DNA of 64,000 nt from positions 310,001-374,000 of the forward strand of contig CP074575.1 of assembly GCA_018394315.1 (NCBI GenBank). Direction: 5' to 3'. Every line of letters begins with the position of its first letter. Positions within the stretch are counted from its first letter, which is position 1. The stretch comes from Mycoplasmatota bacterium. GTDB lineage: Bacteria > Bacillota_I > Bacilli_A > MAG-NZ. Shown here piece after piece: positions 50,529 to 61,324 of this stretch. The notes beneath the pieces were generated by a model. It made no database searches. It worked only from the letters and a program-made list of their open reading frames with translations, and was not told the origin of the DNA. The position numbers and the translations under genes were made by a program.

Positions 50529-50663
50529 TTTTACAATAATTGCAGTACCCATTCCACTAATAGAAAGTGGTGCTAGTCTAAACTATTATTTCTTTTCCTC
50601 ATTTCATGGATTAAAGTTACTACTACTCTAACAACTACAACCTACCGGATGCGCAACCGAGAT
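50529..50663 (-). pseudogene. Decayed thiolase 3' fragment
   Basis: Aligns with 53255-53396 (HPVG...LIHE...GMGTAIIVK region) with indels. Confidence 0.85.
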
Positions 50664-50723
50664 TATCAGTTAAATATACTCCTATCTCCTTGCTTTATCG
50701 ATTGTTATTTGCTCCATAATCGT

Positions 50724-51287
50724 TTACTTTTTAATTTCTCGTTCCTCGTATATTTTTTTCATATCATTTATCGAACTCAAATAACTTATGTATACAATTA
50801 AATTTGCAACTATTAAAACGATTAATAAAAAAACAGTCAATGAATCATCTACTACTGGAATTAGTGAAAGATTTATTAGTTGTAAAAATCCAACTATTGC
50901 CGCAAGGGTTTGACGACCCTCAAACATAGCTTTGTCATACTCAAGATATTTAACTAATTTGATTATTCCTGAGTAAAAAGTAAAAAATATAGTTATTTCA
51001 ACTAACGCACTAATATAAATAAAAGACAAGTTGAGACTAGGTATATATACTTCTACACTATAATTAATAGGGTAAAAAAACGCCAAAATTGAAAATACTA
51101 AATTCACAATGCTTAGTAGCTGAGCATAAAAAAATTGTTTTATATTCGTTTTATTATATAGATTTGATAAGGCAGATATAATAATTAAATATCCAATAAA
51201 ATCAGGAATAATATCAATATATCCAACATTGATATCAATAAATACTATTAAAGTTCCAAGAAATATGTTCTTAAAATAACTACTCAT
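50724..51287 (-). CDS. Hypothetical multi-pass membrane protein
   Basis: AAGGAG RBS; DIIPDFIGYLII motif; about 5 transmembrane segments. Confidence 0.75.
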   Translation of the reverse strand: MSSYFKNIFLGTLIVFIDINVGYIDIIPDFIGYLIIISALSNLYNKTNIKQFFYAQLLSIVNLVFSILAFFYPINYSVEVYIPSLNLSFIYISALVEITIFFTFYSGIIKLVKYLEYDKAMFEGRQTLAAIVGFLQLINLSLIPVVDDSLTVFLLIVLIVANLIVYISYLSSINDMKKIYEEREIKK

Positions 51288-52116
51288 TATTAAACTCCTT
51301 CTCCTTAACATATTCTCTTAATTGTTTATCAGTTAAATTAGGTTGATAAGATAAATATGCATGAGTGTGACGACCATCTACTAGATTTAATTCTAAGGAG
51401 TACTGTTGAATCACATATGGATGAACATCATTTCTTTTTGCCATTATAGTCAAAGGACTAGATACTTCTTGATTTACTCTAATCTTTGTTTCACTTTTAT
51501 GAATTCCTGTATTTGAAATATGTCTATTATTAATATTTAGATCATATTCATCAAGTAAATCATAAAGATAAAATGATTCTATTTCTTCAATTATTGCATC
51601 TCCTTCTAACAAATATACATCTTTACTAGTATATACACTATCTGGTCCAGATGAGGAAGATGATAAATAACTTGTAATTGTGTTTTCAGACATTTCTTTT
51701 TTCTTGAGAACTATTAGTCCAAAATTTACTCTATCAGTACTTCCATCAGTGTATGATATTGTTGCATAATCAAGTTCTATATGACCTTGTTCTAATTTAT
51801 CTTTATCTAGTTCATCCAATATAGAATCCAACCATATGACTTTATGTAGATATTCTTCATATTGTATAAATACATTACTGTTTCCAAAAAGTGGTGTTTC
51901 AAGATTATCGAAATCAATTCTATATATGTCTTTGTCTTCTCCACGATTAGTTAAATAATTAAGTCTTGCATCAAACCTACCACCTATTATATTTACTTCA
52001 TATTTGTGTTCAAAAATAATAACGCCGTCAATTTTATAGTATTCACGGTAAACTATCATAGATATAAAAAGGATAGTTATCAAAGTAATAGAAATTAAAA
52101 ATGTCTTTCCCCTCAT
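51280..52116 (-). CDS. Hypothetical protein with an N-terminal membrane anchor
   Basis: GAGGTG RBS, long ORF, overlaps the downstream gene start. Confidence 0.75.
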   Translation of the reverse strand: MRGKTFLISITLITILFISMIVYREYYKIDGVIIFEHKYEVNIIGGRFDARLNYLTNRGEDKDIYRIDFDNLETPLFGNSNVFIQYEEYLHKVIWLDSILDELDKDKLEQGHIELDYATISYTDGSTDRVNFGLIVLKKKEMSENTITSYLSSSSSGPDSVYTSKDVYLLEGDAIIEEIESFYLYDLLDEYDLNINNRHISNTGIHKSETKIRVNQEVSSPLTIMAKRNDVHPYVIQQYSLELNLVDGRHTHAYLSYQPNLTDKQLREYVKEKEFNNE

Positions 52117-52352
52117 GTTACACCTCATTCCATGGTTCTAAGAAAGTTACTCCGTTGCAAGAAATCAACTCTTTCCAATAATGATATGTTTATAGTATAC
52201 ACCTACAGTACTATCTAGACAAGAATGTAAAAACTACTAACCACAAAGTTACTCAATAGCTAACAGAATATCATTCATTAATACAAATAACCCCATAGTA
52301 GAACATGTATTGGAAGCATAATCCTATCATAAGCAAATTATAAAGATATAAC

Positions 52353-53396
52353 AAAAAGGTATCACTCAAATGAATGATACCTAACGTTTATTTTTATTTT
52401 CTAAATCTCTTATAAATAAATCTTACCGGTAAATATATTACTCCTAATATCAATAAGTATGGACCAATCACTATTATCCCTAACACTAAGAATTCTACAA
52501 CTGAAACAACAGAGTTAATCGATGCATCAAACAAATCAGTACTTTTGATTAAGAAAGTTTTTTTAGTATGCACATCTTTATAATATTTATTTGACTCAGT
52601 ATGATCAGATTAGCGAATCATAGTTAGATAACTGACTCCCAATATAATTTAGATCAGCTTCAACTTCAATTAATTCAAGTATTCTTTTATGTTCCGCTTC
52701 TAAAGCTTCTTTTCTAGATTCAAAAGTAGAATACTTAGTAGTAACATCTTGAGAAGTCTTGGAATAGCTAACTACTTCTCCATCGGTTTTAATGTCATTT
52801 ACAAAATCTTTCATATTCTCTGATCTAACTCTAATTTTTAAAGTGAATCGTTTCTCTGTAATCATCTCTTGTTCAATGTATGCATCATATAAAGCGAGTC
52901 TATTTTCTAAATTAGTGTAAACATTATCAGGTTCAGTTGACTCAAGAACCAAATTAGAAGTATAGATAATTTTACGATTCTCTAAAGCCGGAATATCAGA
53001 TACTTCCTCAACTTTACCAGATTCTATAGAAATAGTCTCACTTGGAACTTCTACGTAGACAGTCTCACCTGAAGACTCCACCTTCTACTTTCTCAACTAT
53101 CTTTTCTACTTCTACTTCTTTAGTGCAAGCTTCTAAAGATAGAGATAAACCTAATACCATTTTTTCATTTTTTCCTCTTATAAAAAAACGAGAATTAGTT
53201 CAAATTAGTCTCGCTTTTATCATATATAGATAGAATTAATGTCATACTAAACGTTTTTTACAATAATTGCAGTACCCATTCCACCACCAATACAAAGTGA
53301 TGCTAGACCTAAACTACTATTTCTTTTCTTCATTTCATGGATTAAAGTTACTACTATTCGAGCTCCACTACATCCTACCGGATGCCCCAACGAGAT
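52353..53396. repeat. Segmental duplication copy B (terminator + DUF4349 pseudogene + 3' end of the intact thiolase)
   Basis: Near-identical to 49150-50663 apart from deletions. Confidence 0.92.
52394..53168 (-). pseudogene. DUF4349 lipoprotein pseudogene
   Basis: Frameshifted signal peptide (ATG AAA AAA TGG TAT TAG), a 51-bp in-frame deletion and a 290-bp frameshifting deletion relative to 49191-50324. Confidence 0.9.
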
Positions 53397-54452
53397 CGCT
53401 CCTCCATTAACATTAGTTCTTTCCATAATCCATTCTTCTGTAATATCATGTTCATCAGATAGTTCCTTTATTACACCTAAACTTTGTGCAGAAAATGCCT
53501 CATTCAATTCTAATAAATCTATTTCATCTAATTTTAAATCCGTTCTATTGAGTGCATTTCTAATCGCAGGTACTGGTCCTAATCCCATTATACTAGGATC
53601 AACTCCTCCTTGATCGACTCCTATAATTTCCACAAGAGGTTCTAAGTTATGTTTCTCAACTGCTTCTTCACTTGCTAGCATCAAGAAAGCGGCTCCATCA
53701 TTTATTCCTGAAGCATTCCCAGCTGTTACAGTTCCATCTTTCTTGAATGCTGGTCTTAATGTACTTAATTTCTCTATTGTAGTTTTTCTATTTGGGTATT
53801 CATCAGTATCAACAGTAACTGTTTCTCTTCTTAGTTTTACTTCAATCGGAACTATTTCATCATCAAACTTTCCTTCATCAATAGCCTTAATACACTTTGC
53901 TTGAGAATTAAAAGCAAATGCATCTTGGCTTTCTCTAGAAATATTATATTTATCTACGATGTGTTCAGCTGTAATACCCATATGATATCCTTCGTACACA
54001 TCTATTAATGCATCATAAATCATATGATCAATTGCTTCAAGATTCCCCATCTTAGCACCTATTCTTACCTTATGAGGTAACAAAAGTGGTGCTTGAGACA
54101 TAGACTCGGTTCCTCCGGCTATTAACAAATTACTCCACCCAGATTTTATCTTCAGGTATCCATCCATTATGGCTTTCATTCCAGATCCACATACCATACT
54201 TACAGCATATCCAGGCACTGAATATGGAATACCAGCTTTAACCGATACCTGTCTACCCACTCCTTGTCCTTGTCCAGCTGGCAATATGTTACCAGCAATA
54301 ACTTCACCTATTTTACTTGGATTAACTTTCGTTTCCTCCAAGATATTCTTTACAAGAACCGCTCCTAATTCACTAGCTGATAAACTTGAGAGACCACCTA
54401 AAAATCGCCCAATTGCAGTTCTTTTTGCAGCTACTATATATACTTTTGACAT
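53247..54452 (-). CDS. atoB: Acetyl-CoA C-acetyltransferase (thiolase), copy 2
   Basis: MVCGSG, NEAFS, GHPVG, CIGGG; last gene of the atoD-atoA-atoE operon. Confidence 0.93.
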   Translation of the reverse strand: MSKVYIVAAKRTAIGRFLGGLSSLSASELGAVLVKNILEETKVNPSKIGEVIAGNILPAGQGQGVGRQVSVKAGIPYSVPGYAVSMVCGSGMKAIMDGYLKIKSGWSNLLIAGGTESMSQAPLLLPHKVRIGAKMGNLEAIDHMIYDALIDVYEGYHMGITAEHIVDKYNISRESQDAFAFNSQAKCIKAIDEGKFDDEIVPIEVKLRRETVTVDTDEYPNRKTTIEKLSTLRPAFKKDGTVTAGNASGINDGAAFLMLASEEAVEKHNLEPLVEIIGVDQGGVDPSIMGLGPVPAIRNALNRTDLKLDEIDLLELNEAFSAQSLGVIKELSDEHDITEEWIMERTNVNGGAISLGHPVGCSGARIVVTLIHEMKKRNSSLGLASLCIGGGMGTAIIVKNV

Positions 54453-54471
54453 AATTATCCTCCAAATTTTT

Positions 54472-55833
54472 TTATAATAAGATCAATCCTAAACTTATTA
54501 CAATACCAGAATATAGTAATACCATTAAACAATATCCCATGATGTTCTTAGCACCTAATTTAGCAATACCTAATACGGGAAGTGCCCAGAATGGTTGTAT
54601 CATATTTGTCCAAGCATCACCCCACGCGATTGACATTGCTGTTTTAGCAGCATCTACATTTAATGCAGCACCTGCTGGCATCATAATTGGAGCCTGGACC
54701 GCCCATTGTCCACCACCACTTGGCACGAAAAAGTTTACAATCCCCGCACTTAAGAATGTGAATAATGGGAATGTTCTTACCGTTGAAATATTAACGAACA
54801 TATCTGAAATTGCTCCTGCTAATGAAACACCCTCAGGTCCTTTAGCGATCATAATACCCATAATACCCGCATAAAATGGGAACTGCAAAATAATTCCACC
54901 AACGCTCTTAACAGCACTATTAACCGCTCTAACAACTCTAATAGGAGTACCGTGAAATAATATAGCCGTGAACAAGAATATAAAGTTAACAATATTTAAA
55001 TTTAACTTGAAGCCATTTAAAGCAAAGTATCTAATAATAAATGCATATCCTAAAACGCTTAAGATAATATTGATTATTCTACTATTTTCTAATTTCTCAG
55101 CTGGAGTCATTTCGGAACGCTTCTTGTTTTCAATAGCTATATCATCATCTAATAACTTTGGATCAACTACTTTTGTATCTTCAAGTTTTGGATGCATGAA
55201 GGATAGTAAGAAAGGTAAAGTAACTAGGATCACACCAAAGATAATAAGGTTAAACGTTGAAAATATAGTTAAATTAGTCATGATAGGATCAACAACTGCT
55301 CCGTTAGTAGCTATTGCAAGACTTTCTCCTGCAGTTGCTAATTTTAGCGGAATTGAGCCCGATATTCCTGCATGCCAAACAACAAATCCACTGTATGCAG
55401 CAGCAATCAATAGTGGATAATCTACATTTTTAACTTGCTTAGCAACTTCTTTAGCGTAAATTGCACCGATAACTAAACCGAATCCCCAGTTTATAAAACA
55501 TGCGACTAAAGCAATTAAATTTACATAGATAATTGCTTGTACTTTGTTTTTAGGTAACGATGCTAATTTCTCAAGTACTCTTTTAAATGCAGGTGCAGTA
55601 GCTAAGATTGTACCAGTAACTAGTACCAAAGCCATTTGCATTGAGAATGCTAATAAATTCCAGAAACCACCATACCAAGCCTCAACCACACCCATCGCTG
55701 TTGTTTTAGTAACAAAGATAGATGCAATAACAACGACGAATGTCAATAATACTGCGAAAATAAACGGATCGGGTAGATATTTTTCTACTAAATTAACCGA
55801 ACCTTTAGTCATTCTGTTAAATAATTTTTTCAT
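54472..55833 (-). CDS. atoE: Short-chain fatty acid transporter
   Basis: LPDPFIFA, FSMQMAL, QFPFYAGIMG, FVPSGGGQW, NMIQPFWALP. Confidence 0.95.
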   Translation of the reverse strand: MKKLFNRMTKGSVNLVEKYLPDPFIFAVLLTFVVVIASIFVTKTTAMGVVEAWYGGFWNLLAFSMQMALVLVTGTILATAPAFKRVLEKLASLPKNKVQAIIYVNLIALVACFINWGFGLVIGAIYAKEVAKQVKNVDYPLLIAAAYSGFVVWHAGISGSIPLKLATAGESLAIATNGAVVDPIMTNLTIFSTFNLIIFGVILVTLPFLLSFMHPKLEDTKVVDPKLLDDDIAIENKKRSEMTPAEKLENSRIINIILSVLGYAFIIRYFALNGFKLNLNIVNFIFLFTAILFHGTPIRVVRAVNSAVKSVGGIILQFPFYAGIMGIMIAKGPEGVSLAGAISDMFVNISTVRTFPLFTFLSAGIVNFFVPSGGGQWAVQAPIMMPAGAALNVDAAKTAMSIAWGDAWTNMIQPFWALPVLGIAKLGAKNIMGYCLMVLLYSGIVISLGLILL

Positions 55834-55842
55834 TTTTATCTC

Positions 55843-56496
55843 CTATATCCTAATTGTTTCTAAATTTTCACTAATAATTAATTTAGGTTCTGTAACTTCT
55901 TGAATCTCCTCTATTGTCACTCCAGGTGCAATTTCTGTTAGTAAAATTCCTTCGTCAGTTATTTCCATGACACCCAATTCAGTGACTATCATGTTTACTT
56001 GTTTAACTGCAGTAAATGGTAAACTGCATTTTTTTAATATCTTCATTTTCCCTTTTGCTGTATGAGTCATCGCGATGATTACTTTTCTTGCTCCAACTAA
56101 CAAGTCCATTGCTCCACCCATACCAGGAACCATCTTACCGGGAATTATCCAATTCGATATATTCCCTTGTTCGTCTACTTGAAGTGATCCTAATATAGTA
56201 GCATCAACATGTCCACCTCTAATGATTCCAAATGATGTTGAACTATCAAAGCACACCCCACCAATACTCATGGTGATTGGTTGCCCTCCTGCGTTAGTTA
56301 AGTCCCAGTCCTCTTCTCCTTCTACTGGAGCCGGACCTAATCCTAACATTCCATTTTCAGATTGGAACGTAATGTCAACACCTTCAGGTAAGTAATTTGC
56401 TACCATTGTTGGTAACCCGATCCCCAAGTTAACAACATCTCCATCATTTAACTCTTTAGCTACTCGTCTTGCTATCAATTCTTTCGGAGTCATCAT
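55843..56496 (-). CDS. atoA: Acetate/acetoacetate CoA-transferase subunit B, copy 2
   Basis: [21 protein letters not shown]. Confidence 0.92.
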   Translation of the reverse strand: MMTPKELIARRVAKELNDGDVVNLGIGLPTMVANYLPEGVDITFQSENGMLGLGPAPVEGEEDWDLTNAGGQPITMSIGGVCFDSSTSFGIIRGGHVDATILGSLQVDEQGNISNWIIPGKMVPGMGGAMDLLVGARKVIIAMTHTAKGKMKILKKCSLPFTAVKQVNMIVTELGVMEITDEGILLTEIAPGVTIEEIQEVTEPKLIISENLETIRI

Positions 56497-57149
56497 TCTT
56501 TACCTCCTATCAAGTAATCTACAAAGATATGTGGTGTAACAATATGATCTGGATCTAATTCTCCTAATTTAACCACTTCTTTTGCTTCTACTATCACTGT
56601 TTCACAGGCAGTTGCCATCAGAGGATTAAAGTTCCTTGTTGTTTTGTTATAGATTGTATTCCCCTTCTCGTCTGCCCTATGTCCTAAAATTAGAGCCATA
56701 TCTGCCTTCAAGGGTTTTTCCAATATATAATCTACACCATCAACGTTCACTATCTCTTTTCCTTCTTCAACCGTAGTTCCAAGACCTGTTGGTGTTAAAA
56801 AGCCACCTAATCCCGATCCACCTGCACGAATTTGTTCAGCAAGCGTCCCTTGTGGTACCAAAATCACATCCATGGTTCCTTCGCTCATTCTTTTTCCCGC
56901 TTCAGGATTTAATCCAATGTGAGAAGCAATCAGTTTCTTAACCTTGCCGGCTGTTATCAGCTTTCCTACACCCTTATCCACCAATCCTGCATCGTTACAG
57001 ATTATTGTTAAATCTTTTACTTCTGTATTCACAATTTCATCTATCAAATTTTCTGGAGTTCCTACAGCCATGAAGCCACCAACCATAATACTGATTCCGT
57101 TTCTAAGCTTTTCTATAAACTGTGCTTTGCTAATAATTTTGTTAGTCAT
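56493..57149 (-). CDS. atoD: Acetate/acetoacetate CoA-transferase subunit A, copy 2
   Basis: IMVGGF, SHIGLNP, PQGTLAE, RNFNP. Confidence 0.92.
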   Translation of the reverse strand: MTNKIISKAQFIEKLRNGISIMVGGFMAVGTPENLIDEIVNTEVKDLTIICNDAGLVDKGVGKLITAGKVKKLIASHIGLNPEAGKRMSEGTMDVILVPQGTLAEQIRAGGSGLGGFLTPTGLGTTVEEGKEIVNVDGVDYILEKPLKADMALILGHRADEKGNTIYNKTTRNFNPLMATACETVIVEAKEVVKLGELDPDHIVTPHIFVDYLIGGKE

Positions 57150-57550
57150 AACATCCTCGCATTCTAATTACTTTTTTATAATTTTGCCCAAGTTTCAGAC
57201 TAATATTCTTATTTCACTTAATCGTTTGGTAATTTCAAAATGTAAAAAGCAGAAGTCTAAAGTAAATTTATAAAGATTTATCTAATATATTTCGACAATA
57301 AATCATAGACAAGAAATAATTTATATTATAAAAAGACTAGATTAGAATTCCTACATATATATTTATTTATTCTGATAATCTTGCAATTAATGAAAGTTAT
57401 AACATAATGAGGTAGTCTAGTGCTGGAAAAAATTACTATTAGTACCACGAAACATAAAAAAGCCATCAACTACCAACTTACTAGTAATTAATGGCCTACT
57501 ACATAAAATTCTTAATAATTAAATAAATTTTGTTTGAGTTTAATATACGT

Positions 57551-57927
57551 TTATATTTCCATTGATACTATTTCATTAACTCCACTCTCCCTAGCATTGT
57601 AAAGTAGTTCAATAGTATCATCTATTTTAACTCTTGGTTCTTTGATTAGTCCAGCTTTAGTAGTCAAGGTACCAATATAGCATCCTTGTTGATGCTGACA
57701 CCCAATGGTCTTTTATATCATCAACTACTCTCTCTGAAGTACTGCGAATTTTCTTCAAATCCCCCCCTTATAAAAACCACAAATTCATCGCCTCCAGCTC
57801 TACCAATAAAACTATCCTCCATGTTCAATACCCTATTATTAATTATCTTAAAGAATTCCACTATCACACTAGCACCAACATCATAACCATAATTATCATT
57901 AACTTGTTTAAAGTGGGTTAAATCTAG
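57551..57927 (-). pseudogene. GGDEF (diguanylate cyclase) domain remnant
   Basis: My translation LDLTHFKQVNDNYGYDVG...GRAGGDEFVVF... has no start codon, and a frameshift precedes the LLYNARESGVN tail. Confidence 0.8.
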
Positions 57928-58176
57928 TTAATTATAATCTTTCCCCTAATGGTAAAGTCAACAGTTTATTACAAAAAAAAGATAAATCTACTCTTAAAAT
58001 ATTATTACTGGCTTGATTCGTGATATTACAGAACATACTTCGTAGGATTTTTTCTTTACGGTATGGAATCGTACTCTTCTGCCTCATCATATTAAAAATG
58101 AAACAAGATGATAGTAGAGAAATTGCTTAATTCCTTGATAAACAAAAAAGACGAATCTTAGTTCGTCTTTTTTTTA

Positions 58177-59682
58177 GGCTGTAAAATTAAGTTTGGGGTA
58201 AGAGAGTTATTCTCTTATTTCAAACTTTTTTAGCGGAAATAAAAAAAGTGCATAATAACACGTTATAATTAAAGCGACGAAACCCAATTAAAAGAGGTGT
58301 ATTATGCAAAGAAATTTTATCACATTTAATGAAGATTTGAAATCACTATTCAACATTGATGATCAAAATATTCACATTGATGGTTATGAACATGTAGGAG
58401 ATGAAATTATAATTAACTTATCCAGAGAGCGTCAGTTATCTAAATGTCCTGTATGCGGAGAGCTAACTGATAAAGTTCATGACTACTATACTCGAACTAT
58501 TAATCACGGTGTTTTCAATAACCGTAAGTGTTTTATTAGATACAAACAACGTAGATATCGTTGTGATTGTGGTAAGAGGTTCTCTTTACCTAATCAATTC
58601 GTAGAGAAGTACAATAAGATAAGTACTAACTCTAAATGGAGTGTTATTAAAGAAGCTATACTTGTTTCTTCTTTCAAAGACATGGGGAAAAGACTTAATA
58701 TGTCTTCTACCACTGTAAGAAGAATATTTAATATGTATTGTAAACAATCTAGAAAGTCTTTACCTAGAGTATTAAGCATTGACGAATTCAAAGGTAATAG
58801 TGGTGGATATAAGTATAATCTATCTCTATGTGATCCGTCGAACAGAAAGATAATCGACATATTACCATGTAGGTATAAGGATTATTTACATCATTACTTT
58901 AGTAAGTTTAGTTCTGAAGAACTTAATAATGTAGAGGTTATTACTATGGATATGTATCATACTTACTATGATATTTGTAAGGAGTTCTTCCCTAACGCTA
59001 CTATAGTTATTGATACATTCCATTTTGTGAGACTAGTCACCAATGCAGCTAAAAAGATAAGAATACGGATTATGAAGAAATTTAATCGTACTGATAAAGA
59101 ATATAAAGTTCTCAAGTCTAGGTGGAGATTATTTAATACAAAGCCGGAAAACATCTCTAATGATTGGAAGTTTGACAAAAGAACTAAACAATGGACTAGC
59201 GATTCTTACTTACTAGATTATATGAGAAACATCCATCCAGAGTTAGCTACAGCTAGGGAACTACTAGAATCATTTTATGAGATTGTTCATAGCTCTACTT
59301 ATCCTGATGTTTATTCTAAAATCTCTAGTTGGATAATTGAATCTAAAAAATCTAACATTGGTGAATATAGAGAAGCAGCATTATCAATTGAACGATGGTT
59401 ACCTGAAATAGTCAATTCATTTATGATTAATCCTGATACGAATACTAAATATACTAGTTCTTTTATAGAAGGATCTAACAACTATATCAAAGTGATTAAA
59501 CGTACTTCATACGGGTTCAGATGTTTCAATACCTTTAGAAACAAGATCCTTTATCATCACAATAATTCAAGACACGTTGTATCTGCATAGTTATGCACAA
59601 AAAAAGGACATAGATTTTTCAATCTACATCCTTTGAGCTCTTACTCTTTTATTGAGTTTACCCCAATCCTTGACTTAGAGCC
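58177..59682 (+). mobile_element. ISL3 family insertion sequence (about 1.5 kb)
   Basis: Imperfect terminal IRs GGCTGTAAAATTAAGTTTGGGGTAA / GGCTCTAAGTCAAGGATTGGGGTAA (18/25 identical) and an 8-bp target duplication TTTTTTTA (58169-58176, 59683-59690). Confidence 0.93.
58304..59590 (+). CDS. ISL3 family transposase
   Basis: CPVC...RYRC.C zinc finger; SIDEF, MDM, IDTFH and IEGSNN.IKVIKR.SYGFR motifs. Confidence 0.95.
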   Translation: MQRNFITFNEDLKSLFNIDDQNIHIDGYEHVGDEIIINLSRERQLSKCPVCGELTDKVHDYYTRTINHGVFNNRKCFIRYKQRRYRCDCGKRFSLPNQFVEKYNKISTNSKWSVIKEAILVSSFKDMGKRLNMSSTTVRRIFNMYCKQSRKSLPRVLSIDEFKGNSGGYKYNLSLCDPSNRKIIDILPCRYKDYLHHYFSKFSSEELNNVEVITMDMYHTYYDICKEFFPNATIVIDTFHFVRLVTNAAKKIRIRIMKKFNRTDKEYKVLKSRWRLFNTKPENISNDWKFDKRTKQWTSDSYLLDYMRNIHPELATARELLESFYEIVHSSTYPDVYSKISSWIIESKKSNIGEYREAALSIERWLPEIVNSFMINPDTNTKYTSSFIEGSNNYIKVIKRTSYGFRCFNTFRNKILYHHNNSRHVVSA

Positions 59683-59690
59683 TTTTTTTA

Positions 59691-59714
59691 TGGTGACCCG
59701 TACGGAATTCGAAC
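59691..59714 (-). repeat. Duplicated 3' end of tRNA-Glu (att-like site)
   Basis: TGGTGACCCGTACGGAATTCGAAC matches 61325-61348 at 23 of 24 positions. Confidence 0.85.
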
Positions 59715-60485
59715 TCCTGTTATGTATACTTATCGATAAATTAGAGTGTATTTCTTTAACCTTTTATCATATATAGTCTCTTAAGTAATAAAATTATTCT
59801 ATGTTATATTTTATCCACAAATATATTTGGTTACAGTTCTTCTGCGAATACTTAAATTTCTAGAATAATCTCTATCATTCATAGATGATCCCAGGAGTAC
59901 ATGGTAAAAGAATAAAATAAGTTACTTAGTTCTCTACACTTCAATAATTAATTCCCTCCTATTATACAACATATGGGTAGACAGTATATGTACTGTCTAT
60001 ATTCAAAAAAAATCCGACTTCTTATTGTTTTATGGATTACTCTATTCAGTAGAAAGACAAATCCATATATAACCATTAACACACAAAAAAAGTGTTCACA
60101 TAAATCCATACTTTTATCAATAAGAAAATAAAGAGAGTATCGTTATGTAATTCCAAGAGTATAATAGGCTTTATAATATCTTTTGTCGCTACCATAATTA
60201 AAAAACAATGTCTAGAGAATTAACTCCAATCATTGTTATAGTAAAATTTTATATGCATCTAATTAAAGTAACAAAAACCGAATCTCTTCTTATCTGAAAG
60301 ACTAAGGTATTTCAGTTCCTTCAATTGGAAAACCTAGAGATTGCAACTCATCTATTGTCATTAAACCTCTTTCTATAATTATATTACCCTTATAGTCTTG
60401 ATTGTTGCATCTAACTTTATACTCATTAATACATCCAATATTATAAACGACATAATGATGTCCTCCCAATTATTTAATGTAGTAA

Positions 60486-60929
60486 TTAATGATAATGTCT
60501 AATTAAAAACTCTCTCACAAGTGTACCAGGAGCAGCTCCGATAATCTTGTCTTGTATATACCCATTAGCAGCAACATATGTAGCTGGAATAACTGATTCT
60601 TGATAGTATTCTGTATAGTTAGACTCTTCTTCTATGGTCATCTGTGAGGTATCTATATAGTATAATTCAATAAAGTCAAATTCCTCAAGTTCATTTACAA
60701 TTATAGGAAAATATAATTGACAGTGATCACTTTCAGGATTACTAAATAGAATCAACTCTCTTGTCCCAGTACTACTTTCTACTAATTCTTTTGACTCCTC
60801 ATATGAAATTACATTAATAGTTATATGATATTCTTCGAGATCATCATAGCCATAATCTTCAACAGAAGCTTCACACCCACTAATAAATAACATCGTAATT
60901 AAATATACAAAAGTAATTATTTTTCTCAT
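60486..60929 (-). CDS. Thioredoxin-fold lipoprotein (SxxC variant)
   Basis: AAGGAG RBS; lipobox ISGC; LFSNPESDHCQ, YYID, IPAT and G motifs. Confidence 0.68.
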   Translation of the reverse strand: MRKIITFVYLITMLFISGCEASVEDYGYDDLEEYHITINVISYEESKELVESSTGTRELILFSNPESDHCQLYFPIIVNELEEFDFIELYYIDTSQMTIEEESNYTEYYQESVIPATYVAANGYIQDKIIGAAPGTLVREFLIRHYH

Positions 60930-61324
60930 ATTTCTCTCCTTTTTATTAACTTTAAACATAACTAATTACATGATTCGTAGCGAACACAAATATCTACATA
61001 GTCACCCATATAAATAATTCTTCTAAGACTTTGCAACTTCGGCACTGTATATAATACTTCTCCAAAATATATATATTCTTTCTCTCTAATTATATCATGT
61101 AGAGAATACTTTATATACCATATTTTTTATGATAATTTCCACAATATTCAACAATACTTATTGACATTATATTAGTCACAAAAAAAAACAAATCTAATAA
61201 ATACTCACAAGAGTTAATTAAAAAATTCTTATATACTACTATCTAAAATGAGCCACGATATATTAGTAAAATAAAAACTCAGTGTAAGCAAAAAAAACGA
61301 ACCTAAATTCGTCTGATTTTTGTA

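Larger units (their letters stand above)
49150..50663. repeat. Segmental duplication copy A (terminator + intact DUF4349 gene + decayed thiolase 3' end)
   Basis: Long stretches are near-identical to 52353-53396. Confidence 0.92.

Noticed and set aside
52605..53081. 158-aa ORF as a functional gene
   Set aside because: It is the internal in-frame part of the DUF4349 pseudogene, with no signal peptide and a stop created by a deletion.
57291..57297. Perfect Spo0A box (TGTCGAA, minus strand) upstream of atoD-atoA-atoE-thiolase
   Set aside because: A single 7-mer is expected several times by chance in 64 kb, and no second box supports it.
57686..57886. 66-aa plus-strand ORF
   Set aside because: Antisense to the GGDEF remnant.
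60080..60470. Small ORFs in the tRNA-Glu islet (e.g. MSFIILDVLMSIKLDATIKTIRVI, MTIDELQSLGFPIEGTEIP) as bacteriocins or toxins
   Set aside because: No double-glycine leader, no transporter and no antitoxin-like structure; more simply explained as eroded gene fragments.
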